A stretch of 64,000 nucleotides of DNA. Source: Octopus sinensis (lineage: Eukaryota). The DNA lies in contig NC_043010.1 of the NCBI RefSeq assembly GCF_006345805.1, forward strand, positions 24,490,001 to 24,554,000, written 5' to 3'. Below are positions 11,060 through 24,200 of the stretch, piece after piece; the stretch's first letter is position 1; every line of letters starts with the position of its first letter. The translations under genes and the position numbers were made by a program. Below the pieces are notes generated by a model that did no database searches, was not told the DNA's origin, and saw only the letters and a list, made by a program, of their open reading frames with translations.

Positions 11060-14000
11060 GAGTTGGAAGTAATATAGTGCGCCTATATAGTAAGTGTAGT
11101 TTCTGTTGACTGTCTCCGTGCTGTTGCCTCTTTTATTTGTTGTACCTTTTTTAAAGTAGTATAATAGCTTTTATTCGAAAACTATTGTGCGTTTTCCCCT
11201 GTAGGGGGAAGCATTAATTGCTGGCAAGATGCCAAAAAGTTTGTATTCGTCTGACGAGGATTCGACAGATTTAGAGGCCAAAAAAGTTGAAAAATATTAT
11301 TGAAAGATGTTTCAGATTCGTCTGAAAATGAATTCCCACTATTGTCGAGGACTCCCGTTGCAAGGAAGAACATCGAGGGGAAAAGCCTTCAAGCGGAGGA
11401 AGGCAAACAGAAAAGAAGTTTTGCGTCTGCAGCTGGAGATAGTACTCGCCAAATGTCGACGAATAAAAGTGATTTGTTGATGTACATGATAACAATTCAA
11501 GACGGCGTTGACAAGGTTCAACCACCGGAAGAGTTTTTACTGACAGAAAAAAAACTATTATATTCAAGACGTTCTGCCAAAAAGAAAGAAAATTCGAGCG
11601 AGTAAGCGAGGAGAAGGTAGAGAAATGCTTAAAGCCCATCTGGCAGGATGTCACATATCTAGCCAGAGGGAAAAAGTTCGGTACCATCGAGGTACACCTA
11701 AAAAATATTGAAACAGCACAAATGCATTGTGGAAATCCTTGGAAACAGAAGACGTAATTTTAATACCAATATACATGGGTATGAGGACAGCCAAATTACG
11801 AATACCAAAGGTCCAACCTCAAGTCGACCCTATGTGGTTGATGGCGGCAGTCCTGTCAGAAAGAGTAGATGAGATAAAACTACTTCAGGCAACCGTCTCT
11901 GTAAAGGCAAATTGGACCGGCCACACGGTCCACCTGTTAATTCGAACAGAACAAGCTGTATTGGAACAGATTCCAGAAAAAACAGAGATCCCCAGCGTTT
12001 TTGTCGAGGGGCGTAAACCCGATGTTTTCTATGTTGCCAGCTAGGCCATATAAAAAAAATACTGTAAGGAAGGCGAGGGGGAATCTGAAAATGAAGAGGA
12101 AGAAAAAGAAACAGAAAAGAAAGTTACTAGCAAAAGAAAAATGCAAAATGCAAACCAACCGAAACAAGTAGAACCACGACCAAAAAAAAAATGCAAAAAG
12201 AGTCCAACCAAAAATAACAAGGAAAGAAGTAGCGGACAGAGGGATTGTAGCACTACATAGTAAAAATGATGATTTAATGAGAGATAAAAACAAAAGCAAT
12301 CAGCCACCAGGATAGCAGAACTGTCGGACAAATACAAAAATTATGAACTATATGAAATGGACAAAAAGACACAATATTTTATTAAATACTGTGTCGGTAA
12401 TAAGACTGGATTTTAACCAATCTATTTTTCAAGACCTGCCACCTCCGTCCCTGTATCAAGAAAAGGTGGAGATCGCTCTCCACCGGACAGCCCAGATTAA
12501 CAGATAAGTCATGCCTACTCACATTGGTTGTTTAAATGTTTGGCAGCAAGGACGATTCCTAAATGACATCAGGTCAGGAAAATTGGATGTGATTGTTGCA
12601 ATGGAAACCCGGGTAAAGGGGCCAAGAGATCTGCTCCCCCTCCTGAACGACTATGAGAAATACGTTAATCCGAGTTGGGCGAAAGAGGGGGTGGGTAGCC
12701 GAGAAGAAGTTGGTTTTTTCCGACCCGGAAGGCAGGTTGGTCGTTCTTGACCTAACATTCATTTGTGGCAAGATAATCAGGCTAGTCGCTATTTATGCAC
12801 CCAACATTATGGGCCCGCAAAGAGAATATTTTCCTGACCTGGGCAAGTTCCTGGCCACGTCGCATTCACTAGTATTGTTACGAGACTTTAACATAATATG
12901 TGACGCACACACAGATTGTGTTGGCTCGAACATGAACAGAAAATGTAACCCAGGCTTACGAGATCTGCTAAATCACTTTCAGCTAGTAGATCCCTATAGG
13001 TTGGAACAGCCGAACACTCCACAGTGGAGGTGGTCAAATAGTGAGGGGTCTTCCAGAACATATCTAGATAGAATTTTAATTAGAGAAGCAGATAAGTTCA
13101 TAGCCGAGTGTCCACAGTTTTTTCTAGTCGGCCACAGTGACCATAAGATGGTTACCTGTAAACTGACGGTAGATAAGTTGCATAGTCAGGGATCTGGCTA
13201 CTGGAAACTCAATACATCCCTTTTCGCGATTGAGGAGTTAATACAGAGGGCATTAACAGGTACCATCATTAATATCAAATGGTGGTACGCCATAAAAAGA
13301 GCCATCAAATATGAGTCTATTAGGTTTAGCATAAGTTTAGCTAAGAAGGGACGTAGAATAGGAGATGGTCTAGTTAAGGAACTAGAAGCCTGAAGGACTG
13401 CTAATGCGAACCAAGTGAGGGTGAAAAGACTGGAGTTAAACCAACATCTTGAAGCCCAACACATGGGAAATATTTCCAGAGCTAAGTTACGTGCGATGGG
13501 GAGTGAAAGAATCAAGACCGCTGGATGGGCCCCAGTGGTGAAAGCTCGGCAAGGAAATAGTTCCACTATTCGGTCTTTGACGAATCAAAATGGTGTCTTG
13601 GTAAACGAACCCGAGAAAATGTGTGAGGCCTTTCGGAAGTACTTCGCCCAGCTGTTCGAGGATGACGGCGGTCCTGGTGGTGGGAGAGCCCTCGAGGACT
13701 TTCTTGCCGGGCTGCCATGTCTCTAGGAGTCTGATGCGGAGTCTTACGAAGGGCCAATCACGCCTGTGGAGGTGATGGAGGATTTGGCCAACTGTAAAGC
13801 GGGTAAGTCGCCGGGATTTGATGGTCTTCCGTACGAGCTGTATAAATGTATGCCAAACTTGTTCGGGCACCTACTGGCTGACGTGGACGCGAACTGGCTA
13901 CAGAATGAGTTTATCCCCAGATCTGTGCACCGGGGAGTAGTGACGTTGATCAGAAAGGACCCGGACAAGGGGGACGTTATAGAGAATTTCAGGCCCATCA

Positions 14001-14180
14001 CTCTGTTAAACGCAGAAGTGAAGATTTTGGCCAAGGTCTTAGCAAAAAGGTTGGCACGTGTCGCGAATGGTATAGTCGGGGAGGCACAGACATGTGCCAT
14101 CCCAGGCAGAACTATTCAGGATACCCTCCATCTTATTCGCTATACCATAGCGAGGGTTGGTAATAAATCTGGGAAAAGAA
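11060..14180 (+). mobile_element. L1/Tx1-clade LINE, 5' portion (ORF1, APE endonuclease, first RT domains), degenerate and 3'-truncated
   Basis: ORF1 remnant at 11600-12100 has a gag-like knuckle CFLCCQLGHIKK(fs)YC near 12023-12065. APE motifs: GCLNV, VIVAMET, AIYAPN, DFN, YLDRI, SDH, GYWKLN. RT start: KSPGFDGLPYELY, NFRPITLLNAEVKILAKVLAKRL, QTCAIPGRTIQD. Coding similarity stops near 14180. Confidence 0.9.
12511..14180 (+). pseudogene. ORF2 (APE endonuclease plus partial reverse transcriptase) of the Tx1 element
   Basis: Track ORFs 12511..12750, 12653..13393, 13415..13726 and 13766..14332 join through frameshifts and stops. Confidence 0.85.
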
Positions 14181-14224
14181 ATAAGAAACAGAAAGCTAAT
14201 CGCATATGTATAAATCTATGTGTG

Positions 14225-14450
14225 TGTCTTTTGTGTCTTTATATCTGTGTTTGTACCATACTACCGTTTGACAACCGGTGCTGCTACGTTTACGTCCACG
14301 TAACTTGGCGGTCCGGCAAAAGTAGCAAGTAGAATAAGTACCAGGCTTAAAGAAAACAAATTATTATTGGGATTGATTCATTCGATTAAAAATTCTCCAA
14401 GTCTGTGCTCCAGCATGGCCGCAGTCAAATAACTGAAACAAGTAAAAGTA
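14225..14450 (+). mobile_element. SINE family A, 3' half
   Basis: gtttgacaaccggtg...gtaacttggcggtccggcaaaag...gtgctccagcatggccgcagtcaaataactgaaacaagtaaaag. Confidence 0.8.
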
Positions 14451-14582
14451 TATATTTTCCAAAATTCTTTCCTGCGCGTTGTTTGTTAACACATTTATAT
14501 CTGACACTTTTTACAGCACCATCAGAGCTGGCCATATTGTTTTACAAAGTAAAAGATCATTGTAAAATTATTCTTTTTTACT

Positions 14583-14970
14583 CTAGGCACAAGGCCCGAA
14601 ATTTTTGGGGTGGAGGGTAGTCGATTAGATCGACCACAGTACGAAACTGGTACTTAAGTTATCGATGCCGAAAGGATAAAATGCAAGGTCGACCTCGGCG
14701 GAATATGAACTCAGAACGTAGCGGCAGACGAAATACCCATTTCTTTAATGCCCACAAGGAGCTAAACATAGAGTGGACAAACAAGGACAGACAAACGGAA
14801 TAAGTCGATTATATTGACCCCCAGTACGCAACTGGTACTTAATTTATCGACCCCGAAAGGATGAAAGGCAAAGTCGACCTCGGCGGAACTTGAACTCAGA
14901 ACGTAACGACAGACGAAATACCACTAAGCATTTCGCCCGGCGTGCTAACATTTCTGCCAGCTCGCTGCAT
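14583..14970 (-). mobile_element. SINE family B, with internal partial duplication
   Basis: The cgaaaggat(g)aaa...gtcgacctcggcggaa...tgaactcagaacgta segment occurs twice. Reverse-complement head gcgagctggcagaaatgttagcacgccgggcgaaatgctta at 14925-14967. Confidence 0.75.
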
Positions 14971-15924
14971 TCCGGTCAGAATATTCTACCAGTTTTACGT
15001 TCAAAACGGCCAGATCCAGCCTCTTACACTTAATCTACAATGTTATTCTAGAAATAAACAATCAAACCATTGAAATCTAGAAGCTATGACAATGTATGAT
15101 TAAATCCGAACAATTTGAATATAAATAAGCACTGCATTTGACAGTGGAATCTGAATGCTAAACAGTTGATTGCCTCTAATAAACGTAATTATTTTTCCAT
15201 CAACAGATATTGGAGTGGTCATTCGAATTTTCTAAATCTTCTTGTACGTAAAAATGAACAAACAAAAATGATAAAAGCAAAACACAAATTAACATTTCAT
15301 AAATCGCATAAATTGACATGGAGTAAATTAAAGTACGCAATAAATGCAATAATTAAAACAAGATGTAATTTAAAATAGAACATGAAAAATATTTAAGGAT
15401 CTCCGTTCATATACGACGGAGAAAACTATTGGCTAAGTCGAGTGAGAGCCCTGTCAGTCATCACTCATGCGGGTCTCTCGCGCTCGCAAATCCTCTAACA
15501 TTTTTTTTTCAGGGTAAAACAAACATTTAGATCTTCAGGATTAGAATGTTTCAATTCGTTTTAATGGTTTTTGTCTTGTTTTTATCAACAATCTGTTCCC
15601 TTGCCTTCCTCCTTTATGTCAACGCCCACTGCATCTTGTTTGCTTCTAATATCCGTGGCATCACAGATTTTTTATCTTAGTTGTCCGTTTTATCTTCATA
15701 GAACGGCGAATTTCAGTTCATTTTCACTTCGTCTCCATCATTACTCTAAAGAGGGGAGTAAACATTGTTTTGCCTCTGTGTGTGTGTGTGTATGTGTGTG
15801 TGTGTGTGTGACTGTGGAGTTTGTTCTTCCTTCCGTGTTTTTTTTTCTGTTGGTGATGATTCTTTTGTTTTATTTTCTTTTATCTTCTGTCCTTTAATCT
15901 ACCAAATCTTCTATCTCTTAGTCA

Positions 15925-16035
15925 ACTATCCGCCTACCAAATCCACTCACAAGGCTTTGGTCGGCCCCAGACTATAGTAGAAGATATTGAACCCGGAACC
16001 ATGTGGTTGGGAAGCAAGCTTCTTACCACACAGCC
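15925..16035 (-). mobile_element. SINE family A head fragment
   Basis: aaatccactcacaaggctttggtcggcccc...gaacccggaaccatgtggttgggaagcaagcttcttaccacacagccac is the reverse complement of the SINE A tRNA-like head. Confidence 0.7.
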
Positions 16036-16227
16036 ACTTCTTACCATGCAGCCACTTCCGTTTGTGATTCTACCTCATCACATGACGATCAAAAGGTGCC
16101 ACTGATTTCCACCGTTAAGTTACAGACTGTTCACCCACTTGTTTCTAGGACAAGTACAACGTGATCTCTCCCCTCCATTCCGAGAGCAGTGACCGATGCA
16201 CAACAAACAGAAGCTTCATGCTTTTCT

Positions 16228-16295
<68 letters not shown>

Positions 16296-16706
16296 TGGTC
16301 TCCGCTGCCTTTACTTTCTTTCCTAGTTTACCCACTTTATCAGGGCAAAATGCACAGAAGTGGCTCACACTACGACATGTGTGGCAAGAAAACCTTTTCC
16401 TCGGCACCGTCATTTTCACAGCCTTTGTCTCTCCGCCCTCAGCTGCGCACAACTTGCGGATAGCGTTGTTTTCATTCTGCTTCCTTTCGAACTTGCAAAT
16501 CCATCAGCCATACTTCAACCAGAGGCTCATTTTCCAATACAAAAGTGACAAACAGACGCAGATAATATATCTTATTACCACATTCTATTTCTTTGCACCG
16601 ATATACTGGGACACATGTGATTGGGTGGAGATATATCTAACAAGTTGACAATTCCAGGGTGTATTCTCACTGTCTTTGTTTTCAGAAATATATTTAACCA
16701 CGGCAT

Positions 16707-16763
<57 letters not shown>

Positions 16764-16839
16764 ATGCGTGTATGAGTGTGTAAGCATATATTTGTATACA
16801 TTTTGTGTGTGCGTATATATATATATATATATATATATA

Positions 16840-18164
<1,325 letters not shown>

Positions 18165-18166
18165 CA

Positions 18167-18378
18167 TAGAGAATCCACTTATAGGGATTCTACGCGCTAG
18201 AAAGAACACCTAAGTTCTATAACCACCAAAGATTAGAAACCAATTGGTCCAGGAATCTAGGCGGTAAATGTTTTTAATTTCCAAATTTATTCCTGCCGAA
18301 TCTTATCCACAATTTTTGGTAGTTATAGAACTTAGCTGTTCTTTCTAGCGCGTAGAAACTCTATGAGTGGATTCTCTA
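18167..18378. repeat. 64-bp inverted repeat (5 mismatches) with 84-bp spacer
   Basis: Arms 18167-18230 and 18315-18378, directly after a (TA)n tract. Confidence 0.85.
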
Positions 18379-18539
18379 TAAATATACACTATAACGTATA
18401 ACTAATATATAGTCTTTTTGACTAAAATTTTTGTACGCGTTGGACCAGTGGAAATGTAATACTTGATTGAATGTATTTAACTTTAATTAAATTCCATTTC
18501 CCTTTGATATGATTATATATATATATGTATGTATGTATG

Positions 18540-18596
<57 letters not shown>

Positions 18597-18989
18597 TATA
18601 TGAATAAATAAATCGAGTTTAACGCAGGTATAAATCAAATATTTTTACTTTCGACACATGTTTAGAAAATTCTACTGATACTATTCAAAAGAATAAATGG
18701 TATAAACAATGCAAGCTTCTCTTCAGGAAAGTGAAAAAAATGAAACTCGTGAATGAGACATTTTAACCAAACATGATGGATTTGTATAGCGATTAACTGA
18801 ACGCTATTAATATTGTTTAAAAAAGCGTTATATGATATAACGTCATATGTAGCTTACAGAAAGAGCAGGGATATTAATAGTGAATGTTAAATATAAAGGA
18901 AATTAAAGTTTAAATTATATATAATTATAGAGACTACTTATATGCACTAAATGTGTGTTTTTGCCAATGTTTACATCTGTATGCTCGCT

Positions 18990-19400
18990 CTATAACCGTG
19001 TTTACTAGGGGAATTTTAGAAAAAAATAATGAAAAATAGCTCAGAATTACTGAGATGTCAGAATTCCTTGCCTTTGTCATAAGGTATCGAGATTGAGAGA
19101 ATCAACCATTCTAAATGAAATTGTTCATTGTGGTCTTTTAGATCCCAAATTAGTTTGCTGAGACCGGTACTATTACGTTTATTTCTATCTCTAAATGTTG
19201 AGTAATGGATAGAAATTCTTTTAGATAACTCTAACGATGTGCTTCCAATGTAAAATCGTACTTTATTACGAGTACTAATTATACACTGGTATATACAAAA
19301 AATTCCACGCAAACACGAAGTTTCTACCTTTATAAACAAGGAGTTACAACCTCTTTACTTGTGAGATTTTTGCTACCCTGGTAACTATTTATTTATTTTT
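18990..19400 (-). mobile_element. PLE GIY-YIG endonuclease fragment (same type as the 53.5-55.9 kb element)
   Basis: IYQCII...FYIGSTS..LSKRISIHYSTF...NSTGLSKLIWDLK...LEWLIL....PY..G.F*HLSNSE. Confidence 0.8.
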
Positions 19401-19450
19401 TCCGTGTTAATTGTTAACAAGGTAAAAATACACTCATCTATTGATATATA

Positions 19451-19537
<87 letters not shown>

Positions 19538-19549
19538 AAGGGTGGAAAG

Positions 19550-20623
19550 GAACACACGAGTTGATATATATGAAAAAACAAGTCAAAAATAGAAAATGCT
19601 AAGATGATTTTATAGTGAATCTTTCAGTACCGGTTTCGGTCATTTTGAGACCTTTTCAACTGTAACGATTAAATAATTAAATTTAGAAAAATTAGAAGAA
19701 AAGTTTTTTTAAAGGAATACTTCCATAGTAGTGTTCAGATATAGGTGGCATTCTGCCTTTATCTGACTCCCTTGTTTGCACTTGTGTATTCGAGGTCGTT
19801 GTGAGTTCTTGGTAGGGTAGGAGAAGAAGAAGGAGGCTGATGTGGAGAGGGGGTGGGAGTGGGAAAATATGGGCTGGTCAGTGGCGACCGGCAGTCGCAG
19901 TTGAATTCAGGAATTGTTTATGGAATTTGCGTAGGCGTTATACTTAAAGACATTAGTGACAAGGTTAAGGGGTAGAAGGTAGAGAAGTAGAAGAAGAAGA
20001 AGATGACGATGTTGATGATGATGTTGATGAAGAAGAGGAAGAAGAAGAAGAAGAAGGAGAAGGAGAAGATGACCATGATGATGGTGGTGATGACGATGAC
20101 GACGATGATGATGATAATGATGATGATGAAGAAGAAGAGGAAGAAGAAGAAAAAAAACAGAGAAGGGAGAATATGAATGGGTGAAAGTATAGCTGTGATG
20201 GGGCTGATTAGTAATGGATTCTATGGAATGTAATATTTGTGTGTGTATATATTTCTTTTATTCTAAAGTTGAGATATATTAATTGTTTGTCGTAGACCCG
20301 TTAAGAAGTGGCCTGTATTTTATAATAAAGAGATCTTCTTTACTTATTCGTTGTCTCGAGGTTGTATCGTCCCTAAATTGGTAGAGGGGGAAAATCCTGA
20401 AGTTTGGTGTTTTTTTGTTGGCACAAGTATCTATGTGTTGGCTAAAAGCTATTTTTCTGTTTTGGGGAATTTTTACAAAAAAACACCAAACTTCAGGATT
20501 TTCCCCCTCTACCAATTTAGGGACGATACAACCTCGAGACAACGAATAAGTAAAGAAGATCTCTTTATTATAAAATACAGGCCACTTCTTAACGGGTCTA
20601 CGACAAACAATTAATATATCTCA
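19550..20623 (-). mobile_element. PLE pseudo-LTR remnant (EN C-terminus, 3' UTR, HHR) with an inverted truncated copy
   Basis: FRIFPLYQF...RISKEDLFIIKYRPLLN* at 20279-20418(-) resembles the EN C-terminus at 36288(-). Perfect inverted copy at 20475-20623. HHR motif at 19625-19662(-). Confidence 0.7.
19625..19662 (-). ncRNA. Minimal type I hammerhead ribozyme, U3:A8 variant
   Basis: CAG-TTGAAAA-GGTC TCAAAAT GACC-GAAAC CG GTA-CTG: stem I 3 bp, stem II 4 bp, palindromic stem III ACCGGT. Confidence 0.55.
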
Positions 20624-20944
20624 GCCTCGTCGGTTCACAAAGAAGAAAAACCGGACTGGATACGATTTGAAAGCTTCTGTATGTCCGTCTGAAAAGAGCT
20701 GATTTGGACTTGACAACAACCACAATACCAATTTCAACAACAACGCTAACCATACCACCCAGAATGCATGGTCTAGTGGTTAGGGTGCTGCCCTCACGAT
20801 CCTGAAATCGCGGTTTCAATTCCTGGAGCTGGTGGTGCGTTGTGCTCTTAAACAAAACGCTTCATCTCACGTCTTTCTAAGCACTTCGACACCCGGCGTG
20901 TGTTACATTGTGCGTTTGTTCAAGCATCAATTTCATCTTGTCTA

Positions 20945-21300
20945 CAGGCGCAGGCGCAGTTGCGTGGTAAGAAATTTGTTTCGCACTCACATGATTCCGG
21001 GTTCAGTCCCACTGCATGGTACCTTGGGAAAGTGTTTACTACTATAACCTTGTCAATGGATTTAGGAGATTGAAACTGAAAGAAGTTTGTCGCGCGCGCG
21101 TGTATGTGTGTGTGGCTTTGTGTCTGTGTTTGTCTCCCACCACTGCTTGACATCGGGTGTCGGTTTGATTACATTCCCGTAACTTAGCGGTTCGGCAAAG
21201 TATAACGATTGAATAAGTACCAGGCTTTCAAAAAAGGGACTAGGGTCGATTCGTTGAGCTAAAAATTATTCAAAGCGGTGCCCCAGCATGGGCGCAGTTT
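20945..21300 (+). mobile_element. SINE family A, near full length (head, microsatellite linker, tail)
   Basis: ggcgcagg...gtggtaagaa...ccgggttcagtccc (tRNA-like head with A/B boxes), then (GC/GT)n, then a tail ending gcggtgccccagcatgggcgcag. Confidence 0.8.
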
Positions 21301-23159
21301 AAAAGACAAGACACTGCCTCTTTTTCCACCCCCACCCCCTTTTCTTTTTTTTGCAAAATTTTGAGCCGCAAAATCTCATTTCTTCCCTTTTCTTCATTTT
21401 ACCATTTTATCTGATTCCATCTCTGAAATAGTACCCATAATATTGACGGTTAAATAAATCCTGTAGTTATGCAATTATTGTTTCTCGTATATATTTTTTT
21501 ATCTGTATTTCAATTTTTACTTTTATTCCATTCCGGGTAAAATTGTCAACAAAATTTTGATGAAAAAAAAAGAAGGAAGTATGTATAATAGAAAGCAAGC
21601 CAAAACGAAAATCATCAAACAACGCATGATTAAGATTCATAACATCAGCAAACATTTTCGACAAATTTTTAGAACTAACATGCAATATAGTAAGAAGCAA
21701 ATGACATGTTTTATCTCTTCAAATTTATTAAAAGAAAAAGTTAAAAAAAAACGAAATTTCGCTTGACAGTAAAAATATATTACCCCGAAGCAGAAAACAT
21801 TAGCTGATTAGTACGACGAAAATTTTATCACGTTCATAGATTTAAATGTAAACCAATAAATTTTAAAAAGTGTTGGTTTTATTACTGCTTTGGGTTTCAT
21901 TTTACAGTTTAATATATTTGACTTTATTTTTTTTTTCTTTCAAAGTTCCATGGATTGCTATATTGGTTGAAATGGACGGGCAAAGTACCAAGCGGTGTTT
22001 GGTTAAGTCTGTTTACATTTTGAGATCAATTCCCATACGGAATCAATTGTCATTTTTGAAATTTTTTTTTTTTTTGTCCCTTTCATCTTTTCAGAATCAA
22101 TAAAATGAGGACCATTTGGCAAAAGGCCACAGCATTTGACGGAGGAAACGTGTGTGAAGCGAGAGTAGTGGTTTATGTTTTTTGTTAAAAATCAATATAT
22201 TTGTCCATTCCAGGGCATGTTGTTATTTTTGTTATTTCAGTTGTTGTTGTCGTTTAACACTAGAAGAGGCCTGATCAAGCTAACCTATTACCGACAGATA
22301 TCATATCGTCTTTTTATTAAAATATGAATAATAATGAACAGGCGCCAATGGCTTTATGGATAACGACATCACTATGCATAACCAGGTGACGATCAGGGAT
22401 CGATCCTATTAAAAGAAGTGCAGGTATAGATATAAATATATACTGTAAAGATGAAGATAATAATCCGAAAAACGATCATCTTATAACTCAGTAAAGTTAT
22501 TTAAACATATATTAATATCATATATTGTGCCTTCTGTATCTCGTCTCTTTATATAAAATAATTGTACTTAGTAATTTCCCAAATGTTTAAGCGAATTTCA
22601 AGTACAAAGAACTCTACGCTTCGCTAATGAGGTTGGAATACGAACGAAACACGCGATTTACCTTCCATGCTTAGCGAAATAATTAAGGAAAGCTAATTAA
22701 TAAGTAATATTATAGATACTTCCTTGTATCATATTTAATCTTGCATATTTAATCACAATACTCTCTTTAGTAAATATATTAACCCTAATTTATTTATCTA
22801 ATGAGATTATTTATTTACTTAATTTCTTCATATGAAATTAAATGACTCTGAGAATTTATGTCCCATCGGTTACGGCATTTAATGATTCGGGTTATTTGAT
22901 CAGTGGAACTACCGTTTTATTGAATATTCAGACTATGGTTTAGGTATTTACTCATAAAGCCATGTGCACCAATTTCCATACAGTATATGCGATTCTTTAT
23001 TTACTCATCCACGGTACACTACGTACTTCCTTTTAATATATTTTAATTAATGTGTTATACAGTGCAGTACTGTATTTTTACTTATTAATTTATTAATTTT
23101 AGGCGTAAAAAATGCTTATTTTACCACAGAAATAATTAAAATCTAAAAGGATATAAATA

Positions 23160-23268
23160 GCTATCGGCCGCAGAAATCCGCGATATAAATTTGCATATAC
23201 ATTAGCTAGAAAAATCCGCGATGTACTGAGAGTGCGAGTGGTGAACCGCGATATGGCGAGTGATTACT
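23160..23268. mobile_element. Possible terminus of a pogo/Tigger-type MITE
   Basis: Repeated aaatccgcgat and terminal gaaccgcgatatggcgagtgattactg, which resemble pogo-like ends. The other end was not found. Confidence 0.35.
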
Positions 23269-23269
23269 G

Positions 23270-23600
23270 CATTAATATAAATGTGAATTTATAACTTAAA
23301 GGTTTCGTAGCAGTTGTCCTTATTGATAAACTGTAATTGATAAACTGTAGCTTGCATCCTTCATTTTCAGAGATACTTACACCAACAGGGCAACTGACAT
23401 TTATGATGGTACATACTTTTTCTCGTCCGTCCCAAGTAACAATATCTGACAGATGTTTCGATGGGAATGTCCCACCAGTATTCTTTGTGTTGATGTTTGT
23501 GTATATATTTAAAAACAGTGGAATTCCATTTTTTTTTCTTATTCCAGGATAGTCTTTTTCGCACGGCATACTATATACTGTTTCAGTGGCAACGCTGTGT
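23270..23600 (-). mobile_element. RLE-type non-LTR retrotransposon C-terminal fragment (a family distinct from the Dong copies)
   Basis: Joined frames read KEYWWDIPIET...(P)DIVTWDGREKVCTIINVSCP...ISENEG.KL...Y...SYKFTFI, a PD-(D/E)xK restriction-like endonuclease signature. Confidence 0.65.
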
Positions 23601-24184
23601 TGCATACGGAGGTGATACCTTGATGACATGTTTTACGCAGCTGCTAATTTCACATGTGATGTCTTCCACAGAAATTTGACATCGTCTACATTCTCAGTTG
23701 CATCTTGGCGCTCCAAGGACTTTGCTATTCTCTCTTTTGGTTGTTAGGTGTTTCATAGCAATTTCCTGTTCTTGGATCGCAAATGCATAACCTACGAAAG
23801 ATAGTGGTGGTGGTAAAGATGGTGATGGTGGCAGTGGTGTTGGTGGTAGCGGCGATATCGGCAATGGTAGTGGTGGTGATGCTAGTTGTGATGGCATCGG
23901 TGCTGTTTGTTGCTGTTACTTCTGTTTTTCGTTCTTACGCCCATTTTCGGCTGTTGGTGACAATCCAATTTATGTTGCCTTAACGGTGACAAATGACCTA
24001 AACTGCGTTGACAAGACAACAGTAGCAGCAGTAACAACAACAACAACTACTACTACTGCATCAGCAGATTGCAGCAACATCGCCAGCTGCATTTGCTGTT
24101 GTTTTTGTGCTGCGCCCGTCTCACTTGCATGGCAACAATGACAGATCAAATGAAAACCATTGTCTGCAGACATCGCTGCATTTG

Positions 24185-24200
24185 TGACGTCATGACGTCA
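24185..24200. promoter_or_regulatory. Two adjacent perfect CRE palindromes (TGACGTCA TGACGTCA)
   Basis: Seen directly, within a GC- and CpG-richer non-transposon island (23640-24660). A GC box CCCCGCCCC lies at 24599-24607. Function unproven. Confidence 0.4.

Noticed and set aside
16216-16452. ORF with CHTC...CAFC resembling a zinc finger
   Set aside because: Short, runs into a (GA)n repeat, has no recognisable family spacing and no splice support. Likely chance.
22080-22180. Polypyrimidine tract plus CAG followed by a short open frame (possible exon)
   Set aside because: No recognisable peptide and no clear donor site or partner exon.
22624-22660. CTAATGA-GGTT...AAC-GAAAC hammerhead-like motif
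   Set aside because: The catalytic G5 is mutated and I could not form stems I and III. At best a dead remnant.
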